Positions 1 to 10,019 of a stretch of DNA of 64,000 nt are shown here, piece by piece. The position numbers and the translations under genes are program-made. Source of the stretch: Alphaproteobacteria bacterium (GTDB lineage Bacteria; Pseudomonadota; Alphaproteobacteria; M2410); the NCBI GenBank assembly GCA_030614785.1, contig JAUWTJ010000001.1:65180-129179 (forward strand). Direction: 5' to 3'. Every line of letters starts with the position of its first letter. Within the stretch, counting starts at the first letter, position 1. The notes beneath the pieces were generated by a model, which searched no databases, was not told where the DNA came from, and saw only the letters and a program-made list of their open reading frames with translations.

Positions 1-586
1 GCAAAAGATTGATGAAGGCTTCTACAGGCCCGGTTGCTGCCAGATCGTTCCGGGACTTTGGGAAGAACATCTCCAAAGCATTGTCTGAAATCGTGTAGGA
101 ATCTGTCTCAAAATTGATCGTCCACCCGCCAACCCTCGAAAGTTTCTGAGTGTGTTGAAGCTCAGCACTGCTACGTTCCAGATTGCCATGCAGAAGTTCA
201 AGCTGTCGTTTTTGTCGGAACATTCCGATAAATCTTTTGCCTTGGAGACGAGGATATCCGCTTCCACCGGTTTTTGGACAAAATCAACCGCGCCCGGCTC
301 ATATCTCTTCTTGCGATGATCTGGATCATGTACAGAGGCACTGACAAATACGATCAGGACATGACGGGTGTTATTTGTCGAGCGAACGATCTCTGCCAGT
401 TCGAAGCCATCCATTTCAGGCATGTTCACATCGAGCAAAATCATGCTGCAGCATAAGCCGCAATGCTTCAACGCCTGACCTTGCTTCAATGACTTCCACA
501 TCTAACTGAGGCAGAATCGATCTGATATTGGTTAAATTGGTGCCGAAATCATCAACAGCAAGTATTTTGGGTAACTCCAATTTCAC
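1..586 (-). pseudogene. Frameshifted response regulator/sensor (REC-coiled coil-PAS), runs off the window edge
   Basis: Three frames join into one protein: GTG(586) KILAVDD...EARSGVEALRLMLQHDFA / LLDVNMPEMDGFELA...AVDFVQKP..ILVSKA / RFIGMFRQKRQLE...QKLSRVGGWTINF; shifts near 440 and 235. Confidence 0.75.
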
Positions 587-623
587 AACATCACCCCCGA
601 AAACACGTAAACACTTTAACTCT

Positions 624-3554
624 TCACTTCTCTACCAAAAATTTTTCAATCCATCGCTGCGCGCCAGTGAAGGCAATCTCCAACTCAGCAAGGCTTGCCT
701 CTTCAAGAGTCCCTTCCGATAGTTGAATTTCTTTGGCAATCTTCTGGACGCGCCTGGCTCCTGAATTCCCGGCAATACCATGAAGGCCATGCGCAATTTC
801 CCTTGCCTTGCCATAGTCGCTGTCCACGACAGCCTCCCGCAAAGCGGACAAAATCAGGGTTGCATCCTCCGAAAAGAGGCACAAAAGACTTGCAACATTT
901 TCCGTGCCAAGCTCTGCCGATATCTTCTCCACATATGCCTCATCAACAACAGGAACCAGGTCAACCCCATCAGTATTGAAGTCCTCCTCCATCCTGCACT
1001 GTAATTCCGCACTCACATCCGTGTGTTCGGGGAATTGCATCATCGCCTCTTTCCTTTTCAAATTTAGAACCCGCCGAACCGTGGCCATCATCTTCGGCAT
1101 TTCAACTGGTTTCGTCAGCACTTCATCCATGCCCTCGGCAAGGTAGAGTTCGACCTGTTCCGGCAGGGCATTCGCTGTCAGGGCTACAATGGGAATGTCC
1201 TTGTAGTGCGTTTCCGAGGATCGAATTTGCAGCGTTGCGCCAACGCCATCCAGCTCCGGCATCTGAATATCCATCAGGATGAGATCAAACCTCTCACGCT
1301 TCAGAGCTTCCAGAGCTTCCTTGCCATTGTTCGCAACTGTACAGGTATGCCCATATTTCTTTAGGCAAGCGATCATATACATTTGATTTATGCGATGATC
1401 CTCAGCGACCAATATGTGCAGGGACTCAGGTTCATCCTCACAGCCAATATCAATAGTTGTCATATCAGCGTTGTACTTGCCAATTCCGCACTCCACATAG
1501 AACCAGAATGTGCTTCCGGTTTCACCATCACTGATCAGGCCAATCTCCCCTTCCATCAGCTGCACCAGTCCTCGCGAAATCGCCAGACCAAGGCCGGATC
1601 CGCCGTACTTTCTCGTAGTCGAACTATCCGCCTGGACAAACCTTTCGAACAAATCCCCCTGCACTTCAGGTGAAATTCCAATCCCTGTGTCCCTGACCAT
1701 GACATTCAAGCGACATGTCCCCTTGTCAACAACGTGATCAACTGTAACCAGAACATCCACGCTCCCCTCAGCGGTGAATTTCAGCGCATTGCCAACCAAA
1801 TTCAACAACACCTGTTTGATGCGTCCGGAGTCCGACTTCAAAAACTCGGGAACGCTTTCGTCCACTGTTGCTCCCAAGCTTATGGCCCTGGTCTTTGCTT
1901 CGGCGCCAAACAAACCAATGACCTGTTCAACAAGATGACGAACATTGAAGTCAATATTCTCAATTTCGATCTGGCTTGAACCCAACCTGACAAAGTCGAT
2001 GATATCATTGAGCACGGTCAACAAAGAGTGAGATGATTCGCAAATCACATCGACGTGAAGTCTCTGCTGATCACTTAACTCTGTATCCTGAAGCAATCGA
2101 GCCATGCCAAGAACTCCGTTCATTGGCGTCCGAATTTCATGAGACATATTTGCAAGAAACTCCGACTTGGCTTGTGAGGCTGATCGCGCTTCATCCATTG
2201 CCTTCTCCAGATCAAGCGCCTGCCTCTTGTATTCATCCGACTGTTGCTGAATTCGTCCTCGAGCGATAGACAGCTCTTCAAATTGAGTGCGGAGCGATTT
2301 TTGATTTTCCTCAAGAATTTGAAATGTCATTTTGCGAACACTAATGTCTGTCCCGATAGAGACGTATTGAAATATTTTTCCATCCCGATCAACAAACGGC
2401 ACTATGGTCGCGTCGTTCCAGAAAGTTGTTCCATCCTTGCGGAAGTTTCTGGTCTCCCCATGCCATGTTTCTCCCCGCGCAGTCTTCTCAATCAATTCCT
2501 TGCGTTTGGCTTTATCCGGAACGGTCGCACTTGAAATTTCCGAACCCTGATTGGAACCAAGGATCTCCTCCGAGCTATAGCCTGCGGTTTCGCAATATTG
2601 TCGATTCACGTACACCAATCTTTGGTTTGCATCGTGAATCAGGATCATATTGTGCTCGTCCAGAGCGCGTCTTTGCTGCTCCAGTTCATGCAGAACCGCT
2701 TCTGTCTCTCTTTTGGCCTTTTGCTGCGCCTTGCCGGTCTCTTCAAGTGCCTCGTAGGTCGAATAGATATTGGCCCCGAGACCAAGGAGAACACAAAGAT
2801 AACTTCCGAGCTTCAGCATGTGAGCCAAATCGAATTCAAGGTCGAAGAGCACCAAAGATTGAGGCATAAACAAAACCTGACCCAAGAGACTCAGAATGAG
2901 GCAATAGATAAGCCAATGATGCAAGGGCTCTTCGCGCCAGGCACCACGAAACGTCAGCCCAATGAAGGCCACTGCAAACAACACCCCGGAAATCAGCTCC
3001 GCTGGCCGGTGAAGCCACAAATCTGGAAAGTAGGCAGCTGGCAACGGAACGAACGCGAAGAACACAAAGCTTACAATCATAAACAGAACGACGATGATGT
3101 AGACCGTGTTTTCGTACTTGCAGACCTGTGCTGAAGTCTTCTCATCAGACAATTCCGTCCACACCAGCATCACAAGGACCACCGACAGATATAGTCTCGA
3201 TGAGATCCAGCTCCATGGAATAAGTGAAGGCATGTCCGACGGCAGAAATGTCACAAAATAGGGTGTCGTTACAAGGGCATGATAACCGTCAAGGCAAGCC
3301 GCTCCAAGGAAACCCGTTCCAAGCAAGAGATAGGTGCTGCTCTTCCTGGAATAATACCGTACCAGAGCAAGAGCTCCGACAACCGCCGCCAATATTGTCG
3401 CCGCGACCTCTTGAATCGTATGGAATTGAGGGCCGCTCGTCCAGCCGGAATTCCTGAAATACCAGTAGAAGGCACACAGAGCCATTACCAAAAAAAGGTA
3501 GCTCCACGCCCGCGCCGGTGTCACTCGCACATCGAAATTCTCAATCACCACCAT
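624..3554 (-). CDS. Hybrid sensor histidine kinase (MASE3-like membrane domain, PAS, HisKA, HATPase, REC, Hpt)
   Basis: Multi-TM N-terminus; FLANMSHEIRTPMNG; NLVGNALKFT; DTGIG; GGSGLGL; LMDIQMP; AHGLHG. Confidence 0.93.
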   Translation of the reverse strand: MVVIENFDVRVTPARAWSYLFLVMALCAFYWYFRNSGWTSGPQFHTIQEVAATILAAVVGALALVRYYSRKSSTYLLLGTGFLGAACLDGYHALVTTPYFVTFLPSDMPSLIPWSWISSRLYLSVVLVMLVWTELSDEKTSAQVCKYENTVYIIVVLFMIVSFVFFAFVPLPAAYFPDLWLHRPAELISGVLFAVAFIGLTFRGAWREEPLHHWLIYCLILSLLGQVLFMPQSLVLFDLEFDLAHMLKLGSYLCVLLGLGANIYSTYEALEETGKAQQKAKRETEAVLHELEQQRRALDEHNMILIHDANQRLVYVNRQYCETAGYSSEEILGSNQGSEISSATVPDKAKRKELIEKTARGETWHGETRNFRKDGTTFWNDATIVPFVDRDGKIFQYVSIGTDISVRKMTFQILEENQKSLRTQFEELSIARGRIQQQSDEYKRQALDLEKAMDEARSASQAKSEFLANMSHEIRTPMNGVLGMARLLQDTELSDQQRLHVDVICESSHSLLTVLNDIIDFVRLGSSQIEIENIDFNVRHLVEQVIGLFGAEAKTRAISLGATVDESVPEFLKSDSGRIKQVLLNLVGNALKFTAEGSVDVLVTVDHVVDKGTCRLNVMVRDTGIGISPEVQGDLFERFVQADSSTTRKYGGSGLGLAISRGLVQLMEGEIGLISDGETGSTFWFYVECGIGKYNADMTTIDIGCEDEPESLHILVAEDHRINQMYMIACLKKYGHTCTVANNGKEALEALKRERFDLILMDIQMPELDGVGATLQIRSSETHYKDIPIVALTANALPEQVELYLAEGMDEVLTKPVEMPKMMATVRRVLNLKRKEAMMQFPEHTDVSAELQCRMEEDFNTDGVDLVPVVDEAYVEKISAELGTENVASLLCLFSEDATLILSALREAVVDSDYGKAREIAHGLHGIAGNSGARRVQKIAKEIQLSEGTLEEASLAELEIAFTGAQRWIEKFLVEK

Positions 3555-4491
3555 TCTGTTCTCCGCGAGGAATGGTAGTCAATATTTCATCCTTCGATGT
3601 ATTCATACGGACGCAGACTCTGTTTCCGCACCCTTGATACTCGACAGCATCAAACGCTATTTCACGAGCGAAGAATATACCGCGTCCATGGTAAGGCGAC
3701 TTCTTCCTGCTCGTTCCATCGAGAAATGGAGTAAAATCAAACCCGACACCACCATCTTCAATCGTAATCTCGATGTGACTATCGAGACGTTTGAAATCAA
3801 CATGAGCAACCCGATCACTAAAGGGTTTCCATTTAAGTCTATAGTCAATCTCCTCAGCCCACCGCCTTTCCGTAAGAAGTTTGGACTTCAGATCCCAACC
3901 AATTCCCAGGTTTCCATGTTCAACGGCATTGACCAACAATTCGAGCAAACCCACCGCCGCGACATCCGGTCTCGGGCACGCCAGCGCCAACATGGTTGAG
4001 AGATTTCGCGCCTCATCCAGCGTTCGAAACCCGAAAGATCCGGACACAATATTGCCGATTGCCGACGTTCTTTGTTTCACCTCTGCGGCCAGTTCATTGA
4101 CCCTCGCGTGATAATTCAACACCGCACGGGTAACGGCACCAACCGAGTCCGCTGCTTCCGATGAACTCAAAATGACATCGCTCATTGCAGCCAGATCAGA
4201 AGCTCCATCCTTCTCGTCATCGATCCCAATGATCGCAGTTTTTGCATGATATTGCGTCAGCCACTGATCTATAGAGTCGAAGTGCTCTGACAGCCAGGCG
4301 TTGGAGATCACAAGAACAGACATCTTTGATGAGCGATCAGGTCCCCCGTCGCGAGACTCCTGATCATCCAGAAAAAAACTGGGCTCATACCCGGAAGATT
4401 CAAATCGATTGATAATCGCATTCGTGCTTTCACAATCAGCCAGAGCCAACATAACATTAACTTCTTGCGTATCACCCAACAAATTGTTCAC
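3541..4491 (-). CDS. RsbW/SpoIIAB-like HATPase (anti-sigma/serine kinase) with degenerate N-terminal receiver-like region
   Basis: ELLVNAVEHGNL, IEDGGVGFD, HGRGIF motifs; adjacent to PP2C and STAS genes. Confidence 0.8.
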   Translation of the reverse strand: MNNLLGDTQEVNVMLALADCESTNAIINRFESSGYEPSFFLDDQESRDGGPDRSSKMSVLVISNAWLSEHFDSIDQWLTQYHAKTAIIGIDDEKDGASDLAAMSDVILSSSEAADSVGAVTRAVLNYHARVNELAAEVKQRTSAIGNIVSGSFGFRTLDEARNLSTMLALACPRPDVAAVGLLELLVNAVEHGNLGIGWDLKSKLLTERRWAEEIDYRLKWKPFSDRVAHVDFKRLDSHIEITIEDGGVGFDFTPFLDGTSRKKSPYHGRGIFFAREIAFDAVEYQGCGNRVCVRMNTSKDEILTTIPRGEQNGGD

Positions 4492-5738
4492 TCCCCTTCG
4501 AGCCAGTCGACGGCCAACATCGACACATCATCCGGGATCGGGTCATGATATCTCGCACTCAACTCTTCTGATATACACGCAATAATCTCCGAGGCATCTT
4601 TCAATGCCGGACTTGCAACCAACTCCGTGACTTGCTCTGTCGACAGAACAGGTTTGTCTGGTTGTGGACACTCAATCAGTCCATCGCTATACAAAAATAA
4701 TCTGTCACCAGCGTGAAAGGGAACACTCAAGCATTCATATGTGGCCTGGGCAGTGATTCCCAGCGGCAACCCTGCGGAGGCAAGTTCTTCCGTGGTTCCG
4801 TCGCTGCGCACCAGGATCGGAGGTGGGCTCCCGGCTGCGGCCCAGGTCAATCGACCAGCCGCTGTATCAATGACCCCATGAAGCATGGTCGCAAAAATCC
4901 CGGTTTTCAAAACGTCAGAGAGATATTCATTGGCCCTTTTTAGGGCCTCTGGCGGGTTGCTCCAATCGAAGGCTCCGCTGTCGATAAATGTTTGAAGTCG
5001 AAATGTATTCAAAGACGATGCGGCCCCGCGGCCAGAAAAGTCAGTCATATGGAGACCGAAACTATGATCATTTATCCGGTGGGCACCCCACAAATCCCCC
5101 CCGAGACGATCCGACGCCTCGTAGCAAGCATCAATCGTCAAGCCTCTAACATCCGTAAGATTTTTAAGGTTTTCAACGTCAGGGAGCAAACACCTCTGCA
5201 TCTCCTGCATTGCAGTGACTTCCTGCTCCATACGCAGGTAATAGCTGCGAAGTTTTTTGATGAGAAAGTGACGTTCCAGATGGGTGCGAACCCGAGACAG
5301 AAATTCGGCAATCTCAATTGGTTTCGAGACGACATCAGAGGCCCCGACCTCAAAGACCCGCCCCCTGGACTCTCCGCCATCAAGAGAGGATTGAACAAGA
5401 ATTGGCGTATCAACAAATTGCGGTATCTTGCGGATTGCCTCGCAAAACCTGAAGCCATCCATCCCGGGCATCACAAGGTCCAGTACGATGAGGTCAGGAG
5501 ACCTTTTGCCAACGCTGTCCAAAGCTTCCTGGCCGTCGGATGCATAGGAAAGGTTCCTGTATCCAGCCTGCTCCAGCGCCATGCGAATAAGATCACGCAT
5601 GAAAAGCTGGTCATCGACAATTAGAATACGGGCATCGAGGAGATTTCCCGCCAGTTTCCCGGACTTGACGTCAGTGTCAGGCGTAGGCCAGATGTCGTCG
5701 CGAGACGGGCGGTTCGCTCGATATTTGAGTTCTGACAT
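4488..5738 (-). CDS. Response regulator with SpoIIE/RsbU-type PP2C phosphatase domain
   Basis: REC (ILIVDD, VLDLVMP, SKP) plus GGD, DFSGRG, LYSDG, DDVS motifs. Confidence 0.9.
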   Translation of the reverse strand: MSELKYRANRPSRDDIWPTPDTDVKSGKLAGNLLDARILIVDDQLFMRDLIRMALEQAGYRNLSYASDGQEALDSVGKRSPDLIVLDLVMPGMDGFRFCEAIRKIPQFVDTPILVQSSLDGGESRGRVFEVGASDVVSKPIEIAEFLSRVRTHLERHFLIKKLRSYYLRMEQEVTAMQEMQRCLLPDVENLKNLTDVRGLTIDACYEASDRLGGDLWGAHRINDHSFGLHMTDFSGRGAASSLNTFRLQTFIDSGAFDWSNPPEALKRANEYLSDVLKTGIFATMLHGVIDTAAGRLTWAAAGSPPPILVRSDGTTEELASAGLPLGITAQATYECLSVPFHAGDRLFLYSDGLIECPQPDKPVLSTEQVTELVASPALKDASEIIACISEELSARYHDPIPDDVSMLAVDWLEGE

Positions 5739-5758
5739 GGGTTGCCTCTCACCTATAC

Positions 5759-6064
5759 TCAGCGGGTGATGTTAATTATTTTGTCAAGAGCCGCCAGATC
5801 GATAATCCTTTCGACCTGACCAGTCGGCTTGTTCACACTAAACGTTTGTTTACGGAAGCCCGCCTGTTCGGCTGCTATCAACAACATGCCGATGCCTGCA
5901 CTGTCGATTGAGGACACACGCTGAATGTCCAGGACAACCACATTTTTTTCGGACTTGTTGATTTCTTCCAATACTTCGCGAAAACGTCCGTGGTCTGCGA
6001 ACGATAGATCACCGCTGAGATCCGCCCTGAATCCCGCATCGGAAACTGTTACTGTATAATCCAC
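5759..6064 (-). CDS. STAS-domain anti-sigma factor antagonist
   Basis: 101 aa; LDIQRVSSIDSAGIGML with the phosphorylatable Ser. Confidence 0.9.
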   Translation of the reverse strand: MDYTVTVSDAGFRADLSGDLSFADHGRFREVLEEINKSEKNVVVLDIQRVSSIDSAGIGMLLIAAEQAGFRKQTFSVNKPTGQVERIIDLAALDKIINITR

Positions 6065-6075
6065 TTTGGTCTCTC

Positions 6076-7293
6076 CTAGAATAGTTCGATTGAGTTCTCT
6101 TCGCCTACATCTTTATCCGCGGCAACATACTCGGCCACCGCAAGGCCCGGGGTCAGGGCCTTTTGAATAAATCTCTTTTTGACATCACCAAGCGTGTACT
6201 GCCCGATAATGGCCGACAACATTTCCGAGACATCGCCCTCTTCGATATCAATCCCATCAACCGAGCAAGCTTCAGTGTGAAATTCCTGGAAGGCATCAGA
6301 CAGAATGTTCAGTGTGTCCGTTACACTCTCCAATTGCTGTTGCGCCCGGTCCTGGAACTGCATGTCAACAACAAGCGAACCAACATCCCTGGAAATTCGA
6401 TCACTCATTTCACCCGAGCTGGATAGCGCCTCGGAAAGATTATTACTTTGACTGATCATGGCTGTGAGAACTTTCTGCAGCCGCTCCTTGGCAATAAGAT
6501 GCCCTGACATGTCCAGCGAGGCCAGCTTCAACAATCTCTTGTGTCCCTCTGTCACGCCATCATGTGTACGCCGCATCTGGGTCCGAATTTCATCTGCCAT
6601 GTCATCAATCTTCTTGCTGAGCGCGCGAATTTCCTCGGCAACAACAGAAAACCCTCTGCCCGCCTCGCCCGCTCTAGCCGCCTCGATCCGGGCATTTAGA
6701 GCCAGTATCGCTGTTTGCCTGTTGATTGCCTCAATTCCAGTGATCGTTTTTTCAACACCGCTAACTTCCTTCACGACGTCATCAAGAGAATAGACGATTT
6801 GAAGACCCTGCTTCGACATCTGCAGGACCGTGCCAATGATATCCTCCAGGACGCCCTCCATGACCTCGGGCACCTCGACCAATTTGAGAAATTCGCCATC
6901 AATTTCGATCTCCGCTGACAGTGCAATGACTTCCTGGATCTGCTCGCCCTGCCGGCCGGCATTTGTCGCAAGGTTTTGGAAGCGAGCCGCAATTTCGGAG
7001 ATCTTTTCCTCAACAAGCTGGCCTGTTCCTTTGACTTCGTCGATAACGGCAGACAGGGCACCTTGTTGTGCAGCTGACAGACCGACACATTTGGTAATGA
7101 GATCTATCAGGACAGCGGGACTCTCCGCTGCGGGCGCGTCGAACAGTTCTTCCTCGCCTGTCGCTATGTCCTGCTCAATATCCGGATCGATAGTCGACCC
7201 AATCCGGTCGAGGCCGGACAGCTCTTCTACAAGCGCATCCTCTGCTACATCCAACTCAGACGGCGCGAAGTATGATTTTAGGCGTCTAAACAC
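6076..7293 (-). CDS. Soluble methyl-accepting chemotaxis protein-like
   Basis: [33 protein letters not shown] tip; no TM; QFQDRAQQ; C-terminal SIELF. Confidence 0.88.
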   Translation of the reverse strand: MFRRLKSYFAPSELDVAEDALVEELSGLDRIGSTIDPDIEQDIATGEEELFDAPAAESPAVLIDLITKCVGLSAAQQGALSAVIDEVKGTGQLVEEKISEIAARFQNLATNAGRQGEQIQEVIALSAEIEIDGEFLKLVEVPEVMEGVLEDIIGTVLQMSKQGLQIVYSLDDVVKEVSGVEKTITGIEAINRQTAILALNARIEAARAGEAGRGFSVVAEEIRALSKKIDDMADEIRTQMRRTHDGVTEGHKRLLKLASLDMSGHLIAKERLQKVLTAMISQSNNLSEALSSSGEMSDRISRDVGSLVVDMQFQDRAQQQLESVTDTLNILSDAFQEFHTEACSVDGIDIEEGDVSEMLSAIIGQYTLGDVKKRFIQKALTPGLAVAEYVAADKDVGEENSIELF

Positions 7294-7379
7294 AATGACC
7301 TCATCGTTCCCAATTTTCCGCCCTTGCTACGCTCTGCCGGCGCAGTGGGCCAATTTTCCTATGTGCAGTCTCTATGCTT

Positions 7380-8453
7380 TCACGCACCAACTGCTCGTTT
7401 CGCATCTTCCTGACAGGCTCTGGCAATCTCCTGTGCCATATGAGAGAGGCTGTGCTGCTTCATCACGGCCCCGGTTTCAAACGCGGCTTTCGGCATGCCA
7501 TAAACCACACTGGACTCTTCATCCTGACCAAGAGTTACCCCCCCGGCCTCGCGAATTTCCAGAAGTCCCCGGGCACCGTCACGCCCCATGCCTGTCAAAA
7601 TCGCCGCGACAACACTTTTGCCACCCAGCCTGGCCACCGATTCAAACAGGACATCAACAGAAGGCTTGTGACCGGAGACCTTGTCGCCGTCCGAGATTCT
7701 ACAAACAAAATGCGCACCGGATCGATCGAGCTGCAGATGCCTTCCGCCGGGCGCTATGTAAACCTGGCCAGGTAGAATTCTCTGACCATCCGTCGCTTCG
7801 AAAACTTTCAGCTCCATCTTCTTGTCAAGACGATCCGCAAAGGCCCCGGTGAAACTTTCCGGCATGTGCTGCGTGATGAGGATCGGCGGCATGGTTGCCG
7901 GCAGGGCCGTAAGCACCGCCTGAATAGCCTCAACACCGCCGGTCGATGCACCGATGGCAACAATTTTCCCGGAGGAAAAATAGCCACTACTTCCAAGCTG
8001 GACTTTCCTCGTCGGAATCTTGTCCAGCCTTTTGACATTTGCCCGCGCCGCATGCTTGACTTTCTCGACGATTTCGGCGGCCTTATCCAGCATACCGTCC
8101 CTTTGATCGCCGGATGGCTTTGGAATGAAATCAACCGCGCCAAGCTCGAGAGCCTGCAGCGTCAGAGATGCGCCCTTTTGCGTGAGCGTCGAAATCATCA
8201 CAACAGGCATAGGTCGCAAGGACATGATCTTCTCAAGAAAAGTGATCCCGTCCATTTTGGGCATTTCAACGTCCAGCGTTATAACGTCGGGATTGAGTTC
8301 TCTGATCTTTCGCCGCGCGACGATCGGGTCGGGCGCATAGCCCACAACCTCGACTTCCGGGTCTGCCGACAAAATCGAATTCAACATTTGGCGCATGAGC
8401 GCTGAGTCATCCACAATCAGAACTTTTGTCTTGCTCACTGTCTCAATCCTCAT
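7380..8453 (-). CDS. cheB: Chemotaxis methylesterase CheB (start ATG 8453 or GTG 8438)
   Basis: REC plus GASTGG, QHMP, ILTGMGRDG. Confidence 0.96.
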   Translation of the reverse strand: MRIETVSKTKVLIVDDSALMRQMLNSILSADPEVEVVGYAPDPIVARRKIRELNPDVITLDVEMPKMDGITFLEKIMSLRPMPVVMISTLTQKGASLTLQALELGAVDFIPKPSGDQRDGMLDKAAEIVEKVKHAARANVKRLDKIPTRKVQLGSSGYFSSGKIVAIGASTGGVEAIQAVLTALPATMPPILITQHMPESFTGAFADRLDKKMELKVFEATDGQRILPGQVYIAPGGRHLQLDRSGAHFVCRISDGDKVSGHKPSVDVLFESVARLGGKSVVAAILTGMGRDGARGLLEIREAGGVTLGQDEESSVVYGMPKAAFETGAVMKQHSLSHMAQEIARACQEDAKRAVGA

Positions 8454-9102
8454 TCTCGTCAAACAGTTCAATTGAGTCTTTATCCGACTCATTTCCGGTC
8501 AGCGAACTACGATATCGAGCCTCTGCTTTCGCCACTCTGTCCTGCCGCTCATCAGACCTCTCAACGAACTTTCGTTGGACTTTTCCGCTATCAGCATAAA
8601 AATGTATTCGCCGAGCATACCGGCCGCCAAGGTCATGCGATGCAACCTCAATGCCTTCCTTACTCATATAGTCCAGAGAAAATCGCGCATTGTTGTCCCC
8701 TATCATCTGGCTGGATTCTATAACGTTGCCGCCGCCGAAAAGTTTGACAATCAGATCCTCTTTTCTTGACCCTGTGGAAAAGAAAGCATTGAACAAGGAC
8801 TCCATGGCAAAATGGCCAAACCGCAGCGAAAACCCGGCCCCGCCCCAGTCGCAATCCTCATCACCAGGCAGCATAAAATGATTCATTCCGCAAAATCCTG
8901 TTCTTGCATCCCGCACACAGGTCGACACACAAGATCCAAGCGTCGTAGTCAGCATTTCATTACGCTCTCGAGTAATATACTGCGTACCAGGAAGAATCTT
9001 GATAACCCATCGGTCATACCTCTTGTCGAAGTATCGCGACAGCATCTCCGACGGCGTCTGACCGCTCTTCCTTTTTGATGAAGTAGACAGCACATTGCTC
9101 AC
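8443..9102 (-). CDS. cheD: Chemoreceptor glutamine deamidase CheD
   Basis: TTLGSCVS, GMNHFMLP, KLFGGG, DLGG. Confidence 0.94.
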   Translation of the reverse strand: MSNVLSTSSKRKSGQTPSEMLSRYFDKRYDRWVIKILPGTQYITRERNEMLTTTLGSCVSTCVRDARTGFCGMNHFMLPGDEDCDWGGAGFSLRFGHFAMESLFNAFFSTGSRKEDLIVKLFGGGNVIESSQMIGDNNARFSLDYMSKEGIEVASHDLGGRYARRIHFYADSGKVQRKFVERSDERQDRVAKAEARYRSSLTGNESDKDSIELFDENED

Positions 9103-9105
9103 ACC

Positions 9106-9975
9106 TTACTCCATCTTTTCGTAAACTGTTCGACCGACCATCTTGTAATTATCCAGCACACCCAGGAGACTTTCAGCATGCCCGGTATAAAGGTACCCCC
9201 CGACTTTCAGCTGGCGGTCAAATCTCTTGACCAATTTTTCCTTGGTTTCATCGTCGAAATAGATCATCACATTTCGGCACATGATCGCATCGAAGATGCC
9301 ATCCATCGGCCAGGGGGACAGGAGGTTCAATTGCCTGAAGGTGACGAGGCGCCGCACATCATCACCCATTTTCATCTTATTACCGGAAACGGAAACAGCC
9401 TTGCCAGACAGACGGTTAAGCAATTTTGGTGGCAGATCAGAATATTGACTGTGTGAATACTCGGCATTGCGCGCCTTTGTCAGAATATTGCTGTCGAGGT
9501 CTGTTGCAAGAATTCGAACATCGCATTTTTCCAGAGCCGCCAAATAAGCCATCAGTGTCAGGGCTATAGAATAGGGTTCCTCACCTGATGAGCAGGCTGC
9601 CGACCAAATTCGAAACTTCGATCTACCGGCTCCTTTCGCCTCAGCATCCAACTGGGGAAGAAAGACATCCTTCATGTGAATAAAATGATGCGCCTCTCTG
9701 AAAAATTTGGTGTGGTTAGTCGTCAGGGCATTGATAAAATCTTGAAATTCCTCGCTGCTGTCATCTTCTAACAACGCACAATAGTCGCGAAAAGACTCCA
9801 GCTGCAAATGACGCAGACGTTTGGACAGACGTCCATAGACCAGGTTTCTTTTTTCGTCCGAGAGGGCAATCCCCGCCTTGTCATGAACAAGGTCGGCGAT
9901 AACGCGGAAGTCTCGATCTGTAAATCGATACTCCCGCGCTTCCTCGTTTTTGGCCTGTAAGGTCGATAGAACCAA
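9106..9975 (-). CDS. cheR: Chemotaxis methyltransferase CheR
   Basis: TTNHTKFFRE, WSAACSSGEEPYS, CRNVMIYF. Confidence 0.96.
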   Translation of the reverse strand: MVLSTLQAKNEEAREYRFTDRDFRVIADLVHDKAGIALSDEKRNLVYGRLSKRLRHLQLESFRDYCALLEDDSSEEFQDFINALTTNHTKFFREAHHFIHMKDVFLPQLDAEAKGAGRSKFRIWSAACSSGEEPYSIALTLMAYLAALEKCDVRILATDLDSNILTKARNAEYSHSQYSDLPPKLLNRLSGKAVSVSGNKMKMGDDVRRLVTFRQLNLLSPWPMDGIFDAIMCRNVMIYFDDETKEKLVKRFDRQLKVGGYLYTGHAESLLGVLDNYKMVGRTVYEKME

Positions 9976-10019
9976 CTGACGATCTCCTGCTTTCAGTGTC
10001 TTCAGATCCGGGGCGAGTC

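Noticed and set aside
5020-5050. PP2C motif DFSGRG instead of the usual DxSGHG
   Set aside because: Metal-binding Asp residues are retained; a single substitution is insufficient to claim altered function
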